From positions 260,137,749-260,201,748 of the forward strand of contig NC_085842.1 of NCBI RefSeq assembly GCF_035594765.1: DNA of 64,000 nucleotides, in the 5' to 3' direction. Source of the stretch: Anolis carolinensis (Eukaryota). The position numbers and the translations under genes are program-made. Every line of letters begins with the position of its first letter. The stretch's first letter is position 1. Below are positions 36,994 through 50,647 of this stretch, piece after piece. The notes under the pieces are model-generated. The model saw nothing but the letters and a program-made list of their open reading frames with translations, did not search any database and was not told where the DNA came from.

Positions 36994-37828
36994 AGAATTC
37001 AAACGATCTTGACAGACTAGAGAAATGGGCCGAAACTAACAAAATGAAGTTCAACAGGGACAAATGCAAGATACTTCATTTCGGCAGAAAAAATGGAAAT
37101 CAAAGATACAGAATGGGGGACGCCTGGCTTGACAGCAGTGTGCGAAAAAGACCTTGGAGTCCTCGTGGACAACAAGTTAAACATGAGCCAACAATGTGAT
37201 GCAGCAGCTAAAAAAGCCAACGGGATTCTGGCCTGCATAAATAGGGGAATAGCGTCTAGATCCAGGGAAGTCATGCTCCCCCTCTATTCTGCCTTGGTCA
37301 GACCACACCTGGAATACTGCGTCCAATTCTGGGCACCACAGTTGAAGGGAGATGTTGACAAGCTGGAAAGCATCCAGAGGAGGGCGACTAAAATGATTAA
37401 GGGTCTGGAGAACAAGCCCTATGAGGAGCGGCTTAAAGAGCTTGGCATGTTTAGCCTGCAGAAGAGAAGGCTGAGAGGAGACATGATAGCCATGTACAAA
37501 TACGTGAGGGGAAGTCATAGGGAGGAGGGAGCAAGCTTGTTTTCTGCTGCCTGCAGACTAGGACACGGAACAATGGCTTCAAACTACAGGAAAGGAGATT
37601 CCACCTGAACATCAGGAAGAACTTCCTCACTGTGAGGGCTGTTCGACAGTGGAACTCTCTCCCCCGGACTGTGGTGGAGGCTCCTTCCTTGGAGGCTTTT
37701 AAGCAGAGGCTGGATGGCCATCTGTCAGGGGTGCTTTGAATGCGATTTCCTGCTTCTTGGCAGGGGGTTGGACTGGATGGCCCATGAGGTCTCTTCCAAC
37801 TCTACTATTCTATGATTCTATGATTCTA
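36994..37828 (+). mobile_element. CR1 LINE, 5'-truncated (~835 bp)
   Basis: ORF2 end ([42 protein letters not shown]) with small frameshifts; (ATTCTATG)n tail; possible 3-bp TSD agt. Confidence 0.96.
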
Positions 37829-40131
37829 AGTGCCCACAATGGCTAGGATGGAGTTCCAAAGCCAATTAGAAGTGGCGGCAACAGCAGCAAAATCCATTTT
37901 CCTTCTCAGCAGATCTCTGCATTAATGAGCACAGGAAAAGGATGATAGTGCAGTGTCCAGTTTGAACAGTAGATCAGACCAAATTAAACCCGATCATCTT
38001 TTCCAGATTGTTCTGAAATCCAAGAATTTCCACCAACTTTGCTAAAAGACTATTTAAACTGTTAAGATACCATGATACTTACCGGAAGTAGCTGCTCATC
38101 AAGAAGTCAATCAATGATCCGTTCAGGGTTTGGGGCTTGTGTAGAAGCCTGGAGAATAACAGATTGACTGATTAACTTACCAAATATCCTAAAGCCCTAT
38201 CTGCACTGACAACGAACACCAAGGAAAGCATGATTAAAAAATCCTGAATGCGCATTAGTGCTCTGTGGTTTGTGTAATCACTATCCAGGCCTCAAACTGT
38301 GCAGTGAAACCACTTTCTTCAACATTGGTTTGAGACTGCATTAGATGGTCAGTGTTGATGAGGGCCAAGTAAGTATCACAGTTCAATCAGTGTTTGAACC
38401 AGGATCTCCTTAGTCCACCAAGTCCAGCACTCTATTCACCGTACTGCACTGACTTTTCTTCTTCCATTCATCCTCGTTCTATGAGAGGATGCAGTATTTT
38501 CATTTGGGGAAGAGGGAGTACTTGAGGTTGCTCTCAATTGAATCTCATTTCCACAATTTTATTTACAGTTGAGCTGGGAATCATATGATCCAACAGATGT
38601 TATAGCTCTACCATAACCATACAAAACCATCACTTTCTGCATCCTTCACCACAGGCTTTGCTGGCTAGAGCTGCTGGAGCTTTCAGTCCAACACAACACC
38701 ATCATTCCTATCCCTGCTTTATTGTACTGGTTATAGAAATAGATATATTTTTATCTAGTAGACATTGTGATTGAATGACACTCTGTTTCTCATGAGTAAT
38801 CTGTCAAATGTGGGTTGTTCTTTCTTCCGTGTTTCTATCCTATTCATGCTTGTGTGTTATACATGTATAATACCAAAAGATAACAAAACGGGCAGGGAGC
38901 CAGCCTGTTTTTACATAAATATTGGATTTCTTTCAAAAGGGTCAATGTGATACCTACTATAAATGTTCCATTCATCTACACTTAATAGGTCACATTCATT
39001 TAAATCATTCAGCCCTGAGGCTAGTGGGTACTTCAGGGTTTTGGGAGGTGAGGGGAGCTTTTCTCCATCCATCTTTTTTCTGTGCTTCTCTTCAGAAATA
39101 GAGAAAAAGACACAAGTATTTGACAGGGTAGTTTAAAAATGTTCTATTTCATCAGGTAATGGAAAAGTTAGGGGAAGAAATAAAAATATACTGGTCCATA
39201 GAGTAATCTGGTACCAAGTTCCCAGGAGTGTTCCTTTGGTGTCAAACTGGATTAATCCTACAATGTAAACAAACCTTCAGCCTACTTAGTCTGGGAGCCC
39301 ATTTACATGAGCACTTACTCTGGAATCAGTCCCTAGTGGCATTACTCTAGACCAGCCCTGGGGTTGGCTACACTGCCATAGCAGTTTAATTGATACCGAA
39401 CTGCATTAATTCTACAGTGTAGATGCACCCCGTGTTGCCTTCTGAGATAATCACCTGTTTTCTTTCTGCCTCTACAACCAAACGATCTCTGAGAAGGGAT
39501 ATAATCCCATAGACCCAGTTCTAATTTGTTCTCTATTTGGACTGTAAATATAACATCTCAGTTGTTTATCAAGTTTAAATTTGAGTTGTCAAAGTGAATC
39601 ATAATCATTTCCCCATTTCTGTCTCGCTTGGGGTAGGGTTTCTATTCATGCACTGTTAGCACTGTTTCAAATCTGTTTGAAATGTTCCTATCTGCAGCAG
39701 GTTCGAAATGTAAAGCCATCTCAGCTTACGTGGGTTTTCTTTTTTCTTTAAGAAATCTAAATTCCCCTTTTATCGTTATTTAAATTATAGAACTGTTGCA
39801 GTAATAAATGCTGACTTCCTGTCTGTTGGTGTGTTTTCTGGTATCTGGCTATGCGATAGCAGGTTGAAAGAATAAATTTGAAAGGAAAGGAAGTGCTGTT
39901 TCCACATCAACCCAACCATATCTATGTCGTTTGTTATTTGTTTCCTTCCCCCTCAAAGAAATGATTTGCAGTTTCTCTTTGCTCACATGGGGGAACAGAG
40001 CAAGCAAGAGTACATAAGTATATTTTTTAAAAACCTATAAAAATAAATACACGAGTTAATATGTGATTTTTCACTATTTTTCATGAACAAGCAAGTGTAT
40101 TCCTAAGAAGAATCAAAGCATGCATCAACAC

Positions 40132-40529
40132 CAGTGGTTCCCAACCTTCTTTGACCAGAGACTACTTGATCAGGGACCAGTCTCCAACATTAGTACGAAA
40201 AGGGTTACAAATCAGTTTTGGGTCAACTTTAGATTCAGTTTAGTTATGTTGGGGTGCTGATTCAGAAGATTGTATTGGATAGACCACATCAGCTCTAGTT
40301 TCTGATACAGAACATATGCCACCCAGTAGTCTCCATCTGCTCACCCACAGAAAACCATATTTAATAATCTAGAGCTGATGTGGTCTATCCATTGCAATGG
40401 TCATCTCTGTGGAAAGGAGCGGAAATAAAATTAATAAAATAAATAAATAAAGAGGAAGGAGGTCCGTGGACCAGATTTTCGTTCTTGTGACCCACTGCTG
40501 GGCTGTGGCCCACTGGTTAGGAACCACTG
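40132..40529. mobile_element. Non-autonomous hAT (~400 bp)
   Basis: CAGTGGTTCC...GGAACCACTG TIRs; TSD atcaacac/gtctacac. Confidence 0.85.
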
Positions 40530-40728
40530 GTCTACACTAAGGATTAAATGAAGTTTGACTTTACTTTCACTGCTATGGCTCAATACTATGGAATCCTGGG
40601 ATTTGTAGTTTGGAGAGGCACTAGCACTCTTTGGCAGAGATGGCTAAAAATACAACTGCTGTGAATTCATAGCATTGAGCCATGGCAGTTAAAGTGGTGT
40701 CTAGCTTCATTAATTCTACAGTTTAGGT

Positions 40729-40861
40729 CAGTCATGGGCAAACTTTGGCCTTCCAGATGTTTTGGACTTCAACCCCACAATTCTTAACAGCCTTCCTGCT
40801 ATTAGGAATGGTGGGAGTTGAAGTGCAATACATCTGGAAGGTGGAAGTTTTCCCATGCCTG
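40729..40861. mobile_element. hAT palindromic MITE (CAGGCATGGG type)
   Basis: cagtcatgggcaaact...agttttcccatgcctg; TSD gtttaggt/gtctagat. Confidence 0.85.
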
Positions 40862-41357
40862 GTCTAGATGCACCTTTAGATAGCCTTCATTCTATATCAT
40901 TGGTATCTTGGTTATAATTTTAAACCCACAATCTGAAGTGCCCAATGGAGCATTTTGAGTCCCTATATCAGGAGAAAGGTGGGATAAAAGTAAAGTAAGT
41001 CAATTGTGAATAATACATCTTCTCTGGAGCACTGTGGGTTTTTTTTAATAGTGGATGGATTCTAGACTCGCCTACCTGTCACTGTGAACTCAGGACCAGA
41101 ATCGATAGTGAGCTTGGCCATGACATTTGAGCCCTAGCAAAAATTTGTATCCCAGAGATTTTATCCTATATAAACTATTGCAGTTGAATCCTAGTTCCTA
41201 AAAGTGCAATAATCTGGAAATATGACTTTAACCTTCTTCAGATGTTCACAAGAAAAATTGAAGTGAAAACGGGAGAAAGGAATCATTCTATCCCCACTTC
41301 TGCAATTATTACTGTTCAAGTGTGAAGAGAAACTGTGAAGAAGACAGGGCTTTCTAT

Positions 41358-41507
41358 GGCCCCATTTACACTGCCACATGATCCAGTTTCTGAATCCAGA
41401 TTATCTGCTTTGAACTTGATTATATGGCAGTGTAGACTCATATAATCCAGTTCAAAGCATATAATCTGAATTCAGAAACTGGATTATATGGCAGTGTAGA
41501 CCCAGCC
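41358..41507. mobile_element. Palindromic PIF/Harbinger-like MITE (family B)
   Basis: ggccccatttacactgcc...ggcagtgtagacccagcc; TAT duplication. Confidence 0.87.
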
Positions 41508-42036
41508 TATGTGGAGTCTCTCTGTGTGTTGCTTTTCCATTCATCTGTGTGCTTTCATATTTATAACACAGTGAGAGAGAGGAAGAAAGATAATTTCACT
41601 GCTTTGAGTCTCTTTAAAAGAGAAAAAGCAGTACATAAATAATATCAATCAAATAGTCATTGATGGAAGATCACAAACCAGGCCTGTCAATAGAAACAGC
41701 AGGGAGCATTATCTCTTTTCTAGATGAGCAGAACCTAAGGCAGTTGTGAAACAGGTCGATTCCAAACTTGCTAGAGGGAGGGACCTGAGCCCTATTTTGC
41801 CAACTATCTGTATGAATCAGGAGATATGTTATATAGTACAAACTCAAATTCAGTGCTGTGACTAGTAATTAAATTTAGAATGTAAGGGTTTATTGTGGGT
41901 GAGTGTGTTGATTTATTAAGATTATACAATCCTAGACCAAAAATAGGAAGAAAATGTCAAGCAGCTGGAAATTACAAAACACAGCTGATGCTTTGGTTTT
42001 GATGGGTCACAAGTCACACACGGTTGCTCTATAAGG

Positions 42037-42211
42037 TGTTGTTATGTGTCTTCCAGTTGTTACTGATTAATGGCCACCCAAAGGCAAACATATCACAGGG
42101 TTTCTTTGCCTTTCTATGAAGATTTGCCCAAGGTCACCCAGTGGGTTTCCATGGCTGAGTGAGGATTTGAACCATGGCCTCCCATAGTCCCAACATTATA
42201 TCATGCTGGCT
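42037..42211 (-). mobile_element. Old tRNA/CORE-type SINE, internally deleted
   Basis: ttgcccaaggtcacccagtgggtttccatggctgagtgaggatttgaacc. Confidence 0.75.
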
Positions 42212-43689
42212 ATGTATAAATATTGAACCAGAATAAGAATGCTGGGGGTTATGATGAGCAAGGACCCATTGCTTTCATAGCACTGAAGCATACTTTGAAG
42301 AGGATTATAACCTCTGCAACGCTGCTGTCATATGGGCACAGCATGTGAAACTGTTAGTTATGCTAAACTGCAGTAGTGCTACAGAGACAATTAGGATCTT
42401 AATAAATTTAAAGTGCAATTATAGTATTACCAGCTCTAGACTTTGCATTATATTGTAATAGGGAGCGCCTTGGGATGCAATTATTCAGAAGTCTAAAATT
42501 CTGTAATAAAAAAGTCATATTTGTGCAATGTTGCCCGAGGGGAGCGAATCATGAAAGGTAAATATTGAAATATATAAACAGCTCAAAAAAGGTTTCATAA
42601 AGCATTTGTGAGTGTGAGAATAGTAAGTCAGATAAATCCCAACAGGGGACTGGTTCGAGGACACACACAAAAGTGAATGTTAAAATCCTTATTTAAAATG
42701 ATGGTGGGGAGCAGCACAGGTGACAAAAAGATAGATACAACATAAAGCACACATTCTTTGGGGTTCCCCACCTCAAGGGAACACACCATCTGCCTGCTTC
42801 TACCTTCATTGGACAAAACATACCATGTCCAATGAATTTTCTGGGTGATTTTATCTATACTATGCTTCTAACAAAAGTTGCCCTTGAAGAACTAGCAAAT
42901 TCCTAAAATTGAAAACTGGGGAAATCTGGTGGGAGTAGTTCATTTAGTTATCTATGGTTTCCTGTTTCTGCAATAATTTTAGGAATGTATTCCCTAGGTC
43001 AGGCACAAAATAATAAGAGGTGGAAAGGAAGGCAGTAGGAAAAGAGGAAGGTCACAGCATAGGTGGGTAGATTCAAATGAACTAAGCAATAGCTCTTAGT
43101 TCAAAGGCTGAAGTGGTCAGTTATGGGTGCCCTGGAGGACTCTGATAGTCTTGTCATAAGATTAAGTTGACTTGATCATGATTATGGGAATGATGCCTTG
43201 TATCCTGACTTGGTTGTATTCAAATGAAATCATTGTAACATGACATTTACCTGTATTTAAACCAAACCTTTAAAAAGCAGAATTCAAATACAAATGCAAT
43301 GGAGTTAGTAAGAATTAACCCACTTCTTACTAACTTGTCCCATTTATTTCAATGGGTCTACTCAGAACACTCACAGTGCTGCCTGTGCTTTCTTAGGTTG
43401 ATGGGAGTTGCAGTCCACATATTCTCCATTCCTGCAGGAGGCCATCAGTAATGTGTAAGTTCTGACTATAACATGCGTCCAGTGTCTGTTCTCAGTATTG
43501 GTTCTGGAATACCCAGAAACAGTGATAATGGCACCTTCAAAACTATAACATGGAAATACTGTGTTTACACATTGATTTCTTTTAAAGTAACAAGTGGTAA
43601 CATTAGTATATTTTAACACCTTAAAAACTGAGAGAACATAGGTGGTAGTATAAGTTTTCGTAGACTAGTCTACTTACTCAGATGACTCA

Positions 43690-43868
43690 GGATGCATCGA
43701 CACTATGGAATTAAGGCATTTTGATAGCTCTTTAATGCCATGGCTCAATGCTATGGAATCATGGGAGTTGTCATTTGGTGGGGCACCAGAACTCTTTGGC
43801 TGAGAAGGCTAAAGGCCTTGATTCTATGATTCCATAGCATTGTGCCAAAACAGTTGAAGTGGTGTCAA
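43690..43868. mobile_element. Family-A MITE lacking right TIR
   Basis: ggatgcatcgacac...gtggtgtcaa, then an abrupt switch to non-MITE sequence. Confidence 0.8.
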
Positions 43869-44052
43869 GTCCCTAGTGGCATTACTCTGGACCAGCCCAG
43901 TGGGTGGCTACACTGCTTACCTCTGGACCAGCCCTGGGGGTGGCCACACTGCCTACTTCTGTCACAAAACCAATTCTCAACTGCTTCGGGATATATTTCC
44001 CATGTAGATATGCCCTATCTATTTTATGCTACCAACTTGGATTTCTCCGTTA

Positions 44053-44411
44053 GGACCTCATCACATTGACAAATTTCCCAGTCCTAGAACAGTTTGCTGA
44101 TGCAGCCAGCACAAAGCTGGCCAGATCCTATCACATGACACACAGCTTCTTCCGGTGGGGCTCCATACTGACTGCATAAGCGAACTGTTCTAGGACAGGG
44201 AACTCTAAACATGGGAGACTACCCATGTTCAGATTGAAAATGCTGGGGACAGCGTGGGAGCAAGTCGGAAAAGTACACTTTCTGGCATGTGATAGGCAAG
44301 TGTGTGATGGGGTGATGCGGGACACTGGGCAACATATTTGATCCACTGCCCCACGATTTGCCCCATGCCCTACGGATTCCCTGCACCAAGGACCTCCATG
44401 TGATGAGGTCC
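44053..44411. mobile_element. PIF/Harbinger MITE
   Basis: TIR GGACCTCATCACAT / ATGTGATGAGGTCC; TTA on both sides (44050-44052, 44412-44414). Confidence 0.88.
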
Positions 44412-47400
44412 TTAGTCTCTAAGGTGCTATTAGATCCTGGTGCATATTGATGTACCAGACCAACATAGCTATGTAATTGAATTCTATTAGTTAAATTCTT
44501 ACTTTGTAACACTATAAGAACAGCATAAACATTACAGGTTTTGTGTTATTTGTACTTGTTTACTTTTTGCAGGATTACTTTTGTGTTAGGAGTGATCTGA
44601 GAAACTGCAATGATAGAATGATATAGGAACATTTTAGTGATTTTTGAATTAGTTCTTTTCTTTAAAAAATGACAGTAAAACACTAATAATTCATTATGTT
44701 ACTTGTAATAGGTTTTTTACTTGTAAAATAAAAATTAAAGGAAAAAGAGTAATTCGAATAACAAGGAGCAATGTGCTCAGTCTCTTTGATTTTTGTAAAG
44801 TCTCCAACTTCTTAACAGCACCCCAAAATATATTTTGGTTTTGCCTTTCCCCACACTGAGGAACTACCATTTTCCAGACAGACCACATTTCCTTTTTCTG
44901 TGAGAAAAATGGATGTGGCTTGCGCAAACCTCTCTCATGTCTGAGCTATGGGCAGCAGTCAAAGGGCAGCCAGAAATTGTGCCAAGGAGACAGAACTAGG
45001 CATGTAAATCCTCAACTATTTCACCCTTGTATATGGGCACAGATAATTATAGCTGTTTTCTCTCTGCAGCAAGAGAAAATGAATATTCTTCTGCAGTATT
45101 CCTCCTGCATTTGAATGACCTAAAATGTTGTGGGGGAATTATGCGGTGAAGAACGAGACTGCATGAAAGCCCTACTGTCTTTGTGTGCACAAAACAGATT
45201 TCCTGTGCAGGAAAGTGTTTTTTGCACAGGAAAGAAGGTATTTGTGCTAGAACTCCCTGTATTATTCTCTGCTGATGAACTTTCACCATCAAATCCCAGA
45301 AGGAAATTGCACAAAGTTACACTGGATTATTATCTTTCCCTAGGGGTTTTTCTGTGAACAAATATTGTTTTCAACCTTGAAATAAGTACTTATGAATATT
45401 TGCTCCATCCCTAGGCAAAACCAATTATTGTGCCACAAGCTGGAGCCATGCAAGACACTAAAACAAGACAGAAGAGCTTGGGAGGCTATGTTTGCTCTAG
45501 CAAAAGTCTGCCCAAGTAAGTAGCCTGTTGGGTGAGGAAAGTCAGTGTAGCCCTCACAAATTATTCAGTAGCCCAGAAGGACACCTGAGATTGACGTGTC
45601 CTTCTCATTATAAAAAGAAGGTCTATTTATTTCCCTAAATTCCTGGTTCTAGACCTTGATGGCTGATGAGAACTTTGCAATTTTCAATGTCAAAAAATCT
45701 CATTTTTATGAGATGTTGAGGCTGAATTGATTTAGATTACAGTACATTGTCTACATCTGTGGGACCCACAGTTTCAATTATCTACTTCTGACACAATATG
45801 GCCTCTCTGGGCATTTTCTAGGTCCTCTACTGCAACTCCATGGTATTTTTGGGCCAAAAGTCCTTAATTTTGATAGGGTTCATTCATTATTAATCACAAT
45901 TTCATGTATTTCATGCAGAGTCCAGGAATGTTTCCTCTACAGATACTGAGGTTGTACTGGATGTGTTTGTAAATTGCTTGTGTTTTTCAACCCCAACTAA
46001 AATCCACTCTTTGGTATATTTAAAAGATACATTTAAAAACAGTATGTTCCATATTTTGTTTTTGTTATTATATTTTGCTGTTTTTAGTAGTCAGTTTCAA
46101 AACCCAGTAACTGAATAGCTGAGAGAAGTATTATTATATCCTTGGCACACAAAAAGCACTTTATGCACCTGACAGAATTAGTGAGGATAGAGAAAGGGAG
46201 GGAAAGGTGGATTACCATCTCAGTCACATTATTGCCAGAGATATTAAAAAGAGAAGGGAACCACAGACAGCTTTTCTTAATGCTTTTAGAGAACCAGTTT
46301 TAAGTTCATACTTTTTCTCAGGGCTGTGTAGAGATGTAAAATCCTTATTAACTCATAGCTATTGTTTCTGAAAGTTCTGTGTTAGCAATCAGAATTTGCT
46401 GTACAATGGAACAAACCTTGGTTGGGGTCAGTGGAGAGGATAATAGTAGTAATAAATAGAAGACCTGGAAAAAGAAGGTGCTGCAGCAACTGGTGTTACT
46501 TTCATATGTGAGATGAGCCAAGCTAGCCTAAATCACTTTGTCCTCTGAGACAAAGGAAGAGAACGTCTCCTTAGATTCAATTCCACATACAGGAGCCAAC
46601 TCAGCTTCCTTCAACACTGATAGCTAGACAACATCCTGTGCTATATTTGAGAATGGGAGAGGCAGATCCATGAGGCAAAGGACAAGATCCACATACCAAC
46701 TGAATTGGCAGTTGAATCTAATGTCCACATTGACATCCAAATAACACACTCTACTATGTTTAAGAGTAAAAGACTACCTTAATGGGCAAAGACAAGCAGA
46801 TCCTGTGGCACATATGTCTTTGTCCTCCAGACTGTCAGTATCTTCTCTTTGAGATGGCTGCTTCACTTTGCCCGATGGTACAGTTGGCACTAAAAAATAT
46901 CTGTCCCTTTCTTCTGCCACATAATATCATTTTTGTATTATCATCTGACAATTTGCATTTTACTCCTACAGACAATAGGTGATGGATAGATTTGTCATCA
47001 CAATCATTTGCTGTAACTCTCATTATTCAGATAGTGATAAAGAACGCCACCCAGTAATTCTTTATTGTGATGTTCACATGTGGATGAATGTTTACATGTG
47101 GATGAAATAGTTTGGGGCAGCAATTATCAACTATCATCCAGCAAAAAAAGAAGAAGAAAAGGATGATGCCACTACAACATGAGTGCTTTTCTGTCACTTC
47201 CCTGTAAAGCAAATGTAATGTAATGTCAAAAGACAATCTACAGACTTTGGGAGTTGAAATAAAGGTTTGTAGGGGGGTTGTCTTGGCTCATATCCAATAA
47301 ACTGGTTCATTTCAGAGACAGGACATGAAGTCCAGTTATCTAATTGCCTATCTGATGTTCTTGTGACTCTATACAATGCCTTTCAAATAGCTCTTCCTCC

Positions 47401-49318
47401 ATAAATAATTCATGATTGAACTTTGTATTGCACAGAAATATTGTAGATACTAAAGGCACTAAAGACAAAAGCTTGTGTGACTTGGACACAGACTTTTTTG
47501 TGAAGATCAGGCACCAGGAAAAATCACGTGTCTCAATAGGTTTGAGAAAGCCAGGGTGCTTGAAATCAAGTTTTGGGGGAAATGAATGTAAAGAGTTTTG
47601 CCATTTTTGTGATAAGATCATACATAAGGGTCTCTTTTCTTCTTCTTTTTTCACATCAGCAGCCTGTATAAACTGCAGTATATGGCTTAGATCTCTAACC
47701 AAGGATGTTATTGATAGGCTTGGGTTATGTGTTATGATGTCTGTTGAGATTTGTTTGTTCAATGAAAGATTTTGTAACCAAACAGTAGTCCAAAATTTAT
47801 ACATAGTTTGCTTTCGCCGCTCTGAGTCCTTCAGTGAGGGAGAGATGGCAGAATATAAAATGAAGTAAATAAATAAATCTCAGTGGTACTTACTTGTGAA
47901 AAGATATGCAAAAATGTGAATGAAGGCATTAAAGCCCACAAGAAATGCTTTCACTACTAAAGGGGTTGGTGTCATGTGTCAGGATCAAGGCAACTATGAA
48001 GTGAGCATGATTTTTTTTGTCCTTCTGTAGATGGAGCTTAAGACAAACCAGTCTGGGTTTTTTTAATTGAGCTGATGGGGAAAGAATTTTTTCACAATGA
48101 TTCTCTCATCCTGTGACCTGACACTGAGGTAGTTAGAGATAGGCTGCCATAATTGCACCTTATTTATATAAGAGTTTAGTGACTTAGCAGTGAATGGAAT
48201 AAAACAACAGAATTCGCACCTAGAAATATAATGAGTAGAAGGCAGACCACCTCATGTACCTGAGCTATAGAGATTTAGCAGGTTAGACCTCCAAGAATTC
48301 CTTGAGCACTGCAGAGAGGCTACTTGAATTATTTGAGAACTTTCAGCCATTAGGGTCCTTGCTCTTTATAGTAATTGGTAGTTTATTAAACTGTGTGACC
48401 ACCAATAATGCTTCTGCTTAAGAAGGACAAAAAAGCAAAGTTGATAAAAGTTCCCATTTAATTTCATATAATGCAGTCATAGGCTATATTAGAGGAAAGA
48501 GGAAGCTGAATGGAAATGTGCTATATTGACCTCTTCTAACTTATAAGATGTCATTTTAACATTGTACCTGCTGAGGACAAAATTGCTGAGATAACTATTT
48601 TCAGGGTTTTTTAAAAAAAAAAAATTAAGATCACTTTGAACTGAAAGCCTCAAGCCACAGTGTCTTTTAGCAATTTCATAAAGTTTCCAAGCAAAAGAGC
48701 ATGTTAATGAAGTCTTAACTCATTTGTTTTAGTGTGTGTGTGTGTGTGTGCGTGCGGGGGGGGGGGGGATCTAGCTAGCAAAAAGTGCTTTTAGATTAAC
48801 TCTGAATGTTAAGCATTAACCTGATTTTAATTACGGAAGCCTACATCCAGTTGCAAGAGAGAAAAGCCACTGAAGTGATGGGATTCGTATGAGTTTTTCA
48901 GCTCTACTCTCATTGGGCCTATCAATTGGATTTAGGCTTGAGTAGTCTCAAAAAACATTAATCTTGGCTGGAATTTACAAAGAGAACACAACATTTAGTC
49001 AAGGAACTTCTTTAGCAATCTATATTAACTTTTTTTTAAAGCAGCCCTTTCTCTCCTATTGTTTTCTGACATTAGCTCCAAGTTAGGATTAAGGCTTTTC
49101 CTGAAATTATAGTTTATCTGATTGTGCAGATTTCCTTGAATCAGACTTTTGGCATTGCTTCAGGAAGCATTTTTGTTCTGAAGTTACTGCCTGTTTTAAG
49201 GATGATGAAAACTCCACATTCCATTTTCTAATTGACTGTGATTTTTATTTAGTCATGTTGCATCTTTTGTTGACCTGATTGATGTAAAGCACTATGCTGG
49301 ATCTGAGAGATCTATATA

Positions 49319-49641
49319 CAGTAGAGTCTCACTTATCCAAGCCCCGTTTATCCAAGTTTCTGGATTATCCAAGCCATTTTTGTAGGCAATGTTTTCAATA
49401 TATAGTGATATTTTGGTGCTAAATTTGTAAATACAGTAATTACAACATAACATTACTGCACATTGAACTGCTTTTTCTGTCAAATTTGTTGTAAAACATG
49501 ATGTTTTGGTGCTTAATTTGTAAAATCATAACCTAATTTGATGTGTGATAGGTTTTTCTTTAATCCCTCTTTATTATCCAAGATACTCGCTTATCCAAGC
49601 TTCTGCCGGCCCGTTTAGCTTGGATAAGTGAGACTCTACTG
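49319..49641 (-). mobile_element. Tc1/mariner-pogo type MITE
   Basis: Same TIR as 22155-22477, TA TSD, inverted interior. Confidence 0.93.
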
Positions 49642-49757
49642 TAGTTCTGTTCTGACATGGTCAGCCAAATGCCTCTGGGAAGCGTAAGTGTAACAGCAGT
49701 ATATTCTCACCAGCATTCCTTCACAAGTGGTGTACAAAGATCATGTATATTTTACAA

Positions 49758-49913
49758 TTTATTTATTTTGTGTCAAAAGCATTGCATAATAAATAAGTTT
49801 AAAAGTGATAAAATAAAGGAATCACAAGCAGCTAATTAGTTTTAGACCAAAACCGGGTAACAGCGACCTCATTGTCTGTAGCTTTAAACAACTCCTCCTC
49901 CGTACATGAGGCA
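49758..49913 (-). mobile_element. Vingi-like LINE 3' end (second family)
   Basis: Minus strand encodes ASCTEEELFKATDNEVAVTRFWSKTN*, then gcttttgacac-(A)TAAA tail. Confidence 0.78.
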
Positions 49914-50594
49914 ATGTACAATGCCTTCATACCTCAGCCATTTTGAGTCTTCATTCCACGCTTCTCCATTCCCTAGACATTAAAATCACATACTACTATG
50001 GGGCAAATCTTTCCTTTGGGCAACTCTTAGGAGTTGATCTGAACAAAGTAGGTCCTGAAAACTTCCATGATCATTGCTGTGAATCAGTTAGGTAGAGTAC
50101 AAAGCACTTTCCCATCAAGGCAGTGTCAAGTAGAACACAAGTGTAAAGTGACAGGGTCAGAAGAGGTAAAATGTTATTTAAATTCCTGCTGTTCCAAAAG
50201 ATAGTGCCACAAGACTACTACTTGGCCACTTAGCAATTACACAATGCACACTGCAGGGGATATATACTTTTAAACCATTACATCCTAGCTGGAGATCTCT
50301 TTTCCTATTAAGAACCTTTTGATTCACACAAAAAGTCAGGGGTTGCAGCCAGTTGTCTAATGGCATCAGACCTGATTATAGATGGAGCAAGAGCAAAATG
50401 TGGATGAAGGATCACAAAGTACTGCCTTCTTGGCCTGATAGATTTTTCAGAGTGCTATTATGTTATTAATTGTTCTCAAGTTTTCTTTGACTTATGTCTA
50501 CACTATGAATGAAAGACCTCTAAGACATCTTGCCATCAATAGCCCTGATCAGGACCTGCATATTCAGTGCTCTTGTTTCCTTGACTGAGTTGTC

Positions 50595-50613
50595 TTTGTC
50601 GTCATTGTCGTCG

Positions 50614-50646
<33 letters not shown>
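50595..50646. repeat. (GTC)/(CAT)n microsatellite
   Basis: Direct reading. Confidence 0.9.

Positions 50647-50647
<1 letters not shown>

Larger units (their letters stand above)
40119..40874. mobile_element. Family-A Harbinger-like MITE interrupted by two hAT insertions
   Basis: Removing 40132-40529 and 40729-40861 (plus one TSD each) restores gcatctacac...gtgtagatgcacc, as at 54014-54215. Confidence 0.85.

Noticed and set aside
47340-47868. Overlapping 150- and 154-aa ORFs on opposite strands
   Set aside because: No motifs recognised. The plus ORF starts at TTG and ends in an L2-type tail. An ORF of this length is plausible by chance in 64 kb.
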